From assembly GCA_963662275.1 (NCBI GenBank), contig OY759316.1, positions 2,720,001-2,784,000 on the forward strand: a stretch of 64,000 nucleotides of DNA, read 5' to 3'. Position 1 is the stretch's first letter. Each line of letters starts with the position of its first letter. Below the pieces are notes generated by a model, which made no database searches, was not told the DNA's origin, and saw nothing but the letters and a program-made list of their open reading frames with translations. The stretch comes from Candidatus Cloacimonadales bacterium. GTDB lineage: Bacteria; Cloacimonadota; Cloacimonadia; Cloacimonadales; DAONDQ01. Positions 60,300 to 64,000 of the stretch are shown here, piece after piece. The translations under genes were made by a program, and so were the position numbers.

Positions 60300-62228
60300 A
60301 TGGTTAAAAACCTTTTTCTCTTTATTTTTATCTATTCTCTACTATTAACGTCCTGCATGAAAGAACGGAAGCATACGAATCCGTTCGATCCACTGGTGAA
60401 TATAACGACCTCCCCTACAGGTTTAACCTTGGAACAAACAAGTGTTACATCGATTAAGTTAAGTTGGAATGATACCTACGATGGAGAGACCGGTTATCGA
60501 ATTGACCGTAAAGTTGGTAATGGTGAATGGCAGCAGAGATATGCAGAAATACCTCATAACACAAAAATCTACAATGATATAAGTACTCAACCACTCCAGA
60601 CATATTATTACAAAGTATCTGCCTGCTATGATAAAAACTATTCGCTGCCAATTTCAGGAAACTTGACAACCAATTTCCCAGCACCTAGTAACATTGTCTT
60701 AGAGCAAACTTCAGTATCTACGATCAAGCTGACATGGCTAGATAACAGCATTGGTGAAGAAGGGTTTGTTATTGATAGGAAAGTAGGGACAGAGGATTGG
60801 GTAATGAATTATGCATCTGTTGCTGCTGATACTGTGCGATTTATCGATAACGGATTATCTTTGGGTACAACTTATGCTTATCGTGTGAAAGCCAAGTCTG
60901 GTGAAATCTATTCTGCAGCAATTGAAGCATCACTAACCCTATCTTTCCCTGCCCCCAGTAATTTAGTTCTAATCCAGACTGGAGCTACTTCAATATCTCT
61001 TCATTGGCAGGATAATACGACTTGGGAAGAGACATATATCATAGACCGTAAAACAAATTCAGGAAATTGGATAATAAATTATGCTTCTGCCAATGTTAAT
61101 GCTGTTCAATTAACTGACTCTGCTGTTTTTCTTGATTCTATGTATACCTATCGTATCAAAGCAAAAGCAGGAACAGTATTTTCGAATTCCGTCGAATCAG
61201 TATTAACAGCAACATTTCCTGCACCAAGCAATCTTGTTCTTACCCAAATAGGAGCAACATCAGTACGTCTTCAGTGGCAAGATAACTGCACATGGGAAGA
61301 TGGATTTATTATCGACAGAAAAGTTGGGACAGGAAACTGGGTAACAAGTTACACATCTGTTCATACCAATGTTTCGCAATTCTCGGATACTGGTTTAACT
61401 TTAGGGATCATATATACTTATCGTGTAAGAGCTTTTTCAGGACAATTATTCAGTAATTACTCAACGGAAGTTGGATGGATACTAATGCCTGTCAGTTTTG
61501 TATTAGTCAATGGTGGGACTTTCAACAATGGCACTTCTGATGTAACTGTAAGCAGTTTCTTTATAGATAAATATGAACTTACACAGAATGAGTATCAGAC
61601 TTTCATGGGAAGCAATCCTTCCAATTTCCCTTTGGTCATGGATGGACCAGTTGAGGAAGTCTCTTGGTTCAATTCAATAGAATATTGCAACAGAAGGAGC
61701 ATTAACGAAGGTCTGACTCCCTGCTATGGTTACAGCAGCTATGGCACAAATCCAGCGACCTGGCCTGAGGGTTGGTCTTCCGATTCCAACAACCACACTA
61801 ATGTATCCTGTAATTGGACAGTCAATGGCTATCGTCTTCCCACGGAAGCGGAATGGGAATTTGCAGCCCGAGGTGGTAACGAAACAAACAATTATAACTA
61901 TAGCGGAAGTAATGACCTCGACATTGTAGCTTGGTATGGGGACGAAACAGGTGGTTCAACACACACTGTAGGCACCAAAATAGCCAATGAGCTTGGTATC
62001 TATGACATGAGCGGAAATGTCTGGGAATGGTGCTGGGACATCTATGACAACTACCCGAGTGGTGCGCAAAATAATCCTCATGGTGCTGCAAGCGGATCTG
62101 CCCGTGTATTCCGTGGTGGTAGTTGGGCAAACGATGCCTACTACTGCCTCGTTTCCACTCGGTACAGCTACGCTGTGACGGGCATAAACAACAATTTGGG
62201 TTTCCGCGTTTGTAGGAATGCACCTTGA
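60300..62228 (+). CDS. Lipoprotein: 4 Fn3 + SUMF1/FGE (CLec-fold) domain
   Basis: Paralog of 57275; near-identical N-terminus; RGGSW, GFRVCR. Confidence 0.9.
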   Translation: MVKNLFLFIFIYSLLLTSCMKERKHTNPFDPLVNITTSPTGLTLEQTSVTSIKLSWNDTYDGETGYRIDRKVGNGEWQQRYAEIPHNTKIYNDISTQPLQTYYYKVSACYDKNYSLPISGNLTTNFPAPSNIVLEQTSVSTIKLTWLDNSIGEEGFVIDRKVGTEDWVMNYASVAADTVRFIDNGLSLGTTYAYRVKAKSGEIYSAAIEASLTLSFPAPSNLVLIQTGATSISLHWQDNTTWEETYIIDRKTNSGNWIINYASANVNAVQLTDSAVFLDSMYTYRIKAKAGTVFSNSVESVLTATFPAPSNLVLTQIGATSVRLQWQDNCTWEDGFIIDRKVGTGNWVTSYTSVHTNVSQFSDTGLTLGIIYTYRVRAFSGQLFSNYSTEVGWILMPVSFVLVNGGTFNNGTSDVTVSSFFIDKYELTQNEYQTFMGSNPSNFPLVMDGPVEEVSWFNSIEYCNRRSINEGLTPCYGYSSYGTNPATWPEGWSSDSNNHTNVSCNWTVNGYRLPTEAEWEFAARGGNETNNYNYSGSNDLDIVAWYGDETGGSTHTVGTKIANELGIYDMSGNVWEWCWDIYDNYPSGAQNNPHGAASGSARVFRGGSWANDAYYCLVSTRYSYAVTGINNNLGFRVCRNAP

Positions 62229-62578
62229 TTTTTGCATTAATTTCGTACCATAGCTTTGTAAGCTGTTATGTTGTTGGGATTGTATCCCTACAACCATGTA
62301 ACATACATTGGTAATGTGTTGTAATTGACAATGGTATTGTCAGATTCTCCATCGGGGATTACCAATCCCCTCATACAACAGAGTACCACTCTATGTTACA
62401 AGAACCCGAGGTTACAAACCATCGGGAAATAACAAGATGCAATCTTATGCAGAAGGTGTTAGGTTTTAGGTGTTAGCTCAGAAAAGAGAAGAGAAGAATC
62501 AAACTCTCCCTTAATCCCTCCCTTCATCTGAGGGAGGGAGATTAGCGGAGGGAGGGAGATCAGAAAAAGGATAACTAG

Positions 62579-64000
62579 ATGAAATTCAGTTTGATAATTT
62601 TGTTGTTATTAGTTTTGGCTATAGGGCTTCATGCCCAAACCATAGAGCAGATTAAAGTCTCAAATGAATACCTCTGGGGATATGGAACCTCAACAACACT
62701 GGAAAAAGCAGATAACATGGCGTTGAAAGATCTGATCAGCCAGATATCAGTGGAAGTGAAGAGTAGTTTCCAGGATATAGCCAAAGAAGAAAATGGGCAA
62801 CTGAAAGAAGTCTCCGAAAGCATGGTCTCGACCTATTCGCATACGACTTTGCCTTTTGCTGAAAGGAAAGTGGATGAACAGCAAAACTCAGTGAATGTCA
62901 TCAGGTATATCCCAAAAGCAGATCTAAAAAATATTTTTGAAGGACGGAAAAGCAAGATAACCAGCTATGTATCCGATGCGTTGGATGCTGAACAGGATTT
63001 GAGGATTGGAGATGCCCTTCGCTACTACTATGCAGCTTTAATACTTCTTCGTACACACCCTGATCACAATACAATATCCTATCATGTACCGGATAAAGGA
63101 GAACGTCTATTACTGACTTGGATTCCGAATAACATTGAAAGAAATCTATCATCGCTGCGTTTTAAAATACAACAGAAGGAAGAGGATGAAAATTCAGTAC
63201 TCTTTACTCTTCATATTACTGTCTTTGATAAACCAGTTCAGAACATTGATTATTCCTACTGGACTGGCGATTCCTGGTCACAAATAAACAATGCCTCTGA
63301 TGGCATTGGTTCTGCTGAACTTTCTACTGCAGTAGCAAAGAATCTCAAGGAACTACGGTTTCGGATTGATTATGTGAATAACAACAAAGCTAGAACTGAT
63401 TCGGAATTGAATGAAATCCTGAATGACTTTGATGTGTTGCCATTCCGTAATGAAATATGTGTTTCCTTAACCAGCAACAGCGGTAAAGATAATGATGAAT
63501 GCTTGGCTGATAATGAAGACAGGCAAGTCCAGGCAAATGAAAAGCCACAAACAGCTAATACAAAAGAACAGAAGGAAGACTCGAAGATAAAGGAAAAACC
63601 AACCCCAATCTTCAGCCAGGTTGCTCCTGATGAAAGCGAAGCGTATCGTCTTATCATGTCCAGGATTATGAATTCAATAACATCAAAAAGATACAGTGCC
63701 AATCAAGCAGATTTTACACCTGAAGGTTATACGCTTTATCAGAAAATGATTACAGCAGGAAATGCCAGGATTCTAGATGCTGATATAGATAAGATCAACT
63801 ATGTTCAAACAGGAAATATGATCCAGGCACGCTCAATACCGATGGTGTTCAGTTATCCAAATAACAGGTCTCATTTTGTTGAAAATGTGGTATTTGGCTT
63901 TTCACCTGATAAAAAGATAGCAAATGTCAGCTTTGCAGTTTCTGCTCAAACAGCAAATGATATCATGCAGCGGTCAGAGGAATGGGGAACTCCTGAAGTC
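62579..64000 (+). CDS. Secreted protein with LPP20-like N-terminal domain; runs off window end (absent from ORF track)
   Basis: Manual translation MKFSLIILLLLVLAIGLHAQTIEQIK.SNEYLWGYG...EKADNMALKDLISQISVEV...IGDALRYYY. Confidence 0.75.
   Translation, partial: MKFSLIILLLLVLAIGLHAQTIEQIKVSNEYLWGYGTSTTLEKADNMALKDLISQISVEVKSSFQDIAKEENGQLKEVSESMVSTYSHTTLPFAERKVDEQQNSVNVIRYIPKADLKNIFEGRKSKITSYVSDALDAEQDLRIGDALRYYYAALILLRTHPDHNTISYHVPDKGERLLLTWIPNNIERNLSSLRFKIQQKEEDENSVLFTLHITVFDKPVQNIDYSYWTGDSWSQINNASDGIGSAELSTAVAKNLKELRFRIDYVNNNKARTDSELNEILNDFDVLPFRNEICVSLTSNSGKDNDECLADNEDRQVQANEKPQTANTKEQKEDSKIKEKPTPIFSQVAPDESEAYRLIMSRIMNSITSKRYSANQADFTPEGYTLYQKMITAGNARILDADIDKINYVQTGNMIQARSIPMVFSYPNNRSHFVENVVFGFSPDKKIANVSFAVSAQTANDIMQRSEEWGTPEV

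Overview
AT-rich anaerobe-type bacterial chromosome segment. The YPNPFNP-type C-terminal sorting domains, Fn3/LVIVD surface proteins and gene content suggest Cloacimonadota (inference only). Housekeeping genes (M16 peptidase pair, pyrR-pyrF, ferredoxin, ddl, gmhA, tRNA-Asn, cobB, mlaF-like ATPase, aspS) are interleaved with a FecR/outer-membrane/CHASE2-adenylate-cyclase operon, large secreted proteins, three SUMF1/FGE (CLec-fold) lipoproteins whose C-termini look like DGR variable regions, a frameshifted IS21 and a collapsed type ISP R-M relic. The most unusual signal is non-coding. (1) A family of ~63-bp hairpins has conserved outer arms, co-varying inner stems and ~30-nt variable loops; it forms a 4-unit ~90-bp-period array at 28966-29304, recurs at 5+ other loci and was hit by the IS21. 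(2) Several GTAG-footed REP-like and 7-/11-mer repeat families are present, one of which forms an in-frame 6x69-bp linker joining PurN to MtaB. No reverse transcriptase, Cas, RAYT or integron integrase gene was seen.
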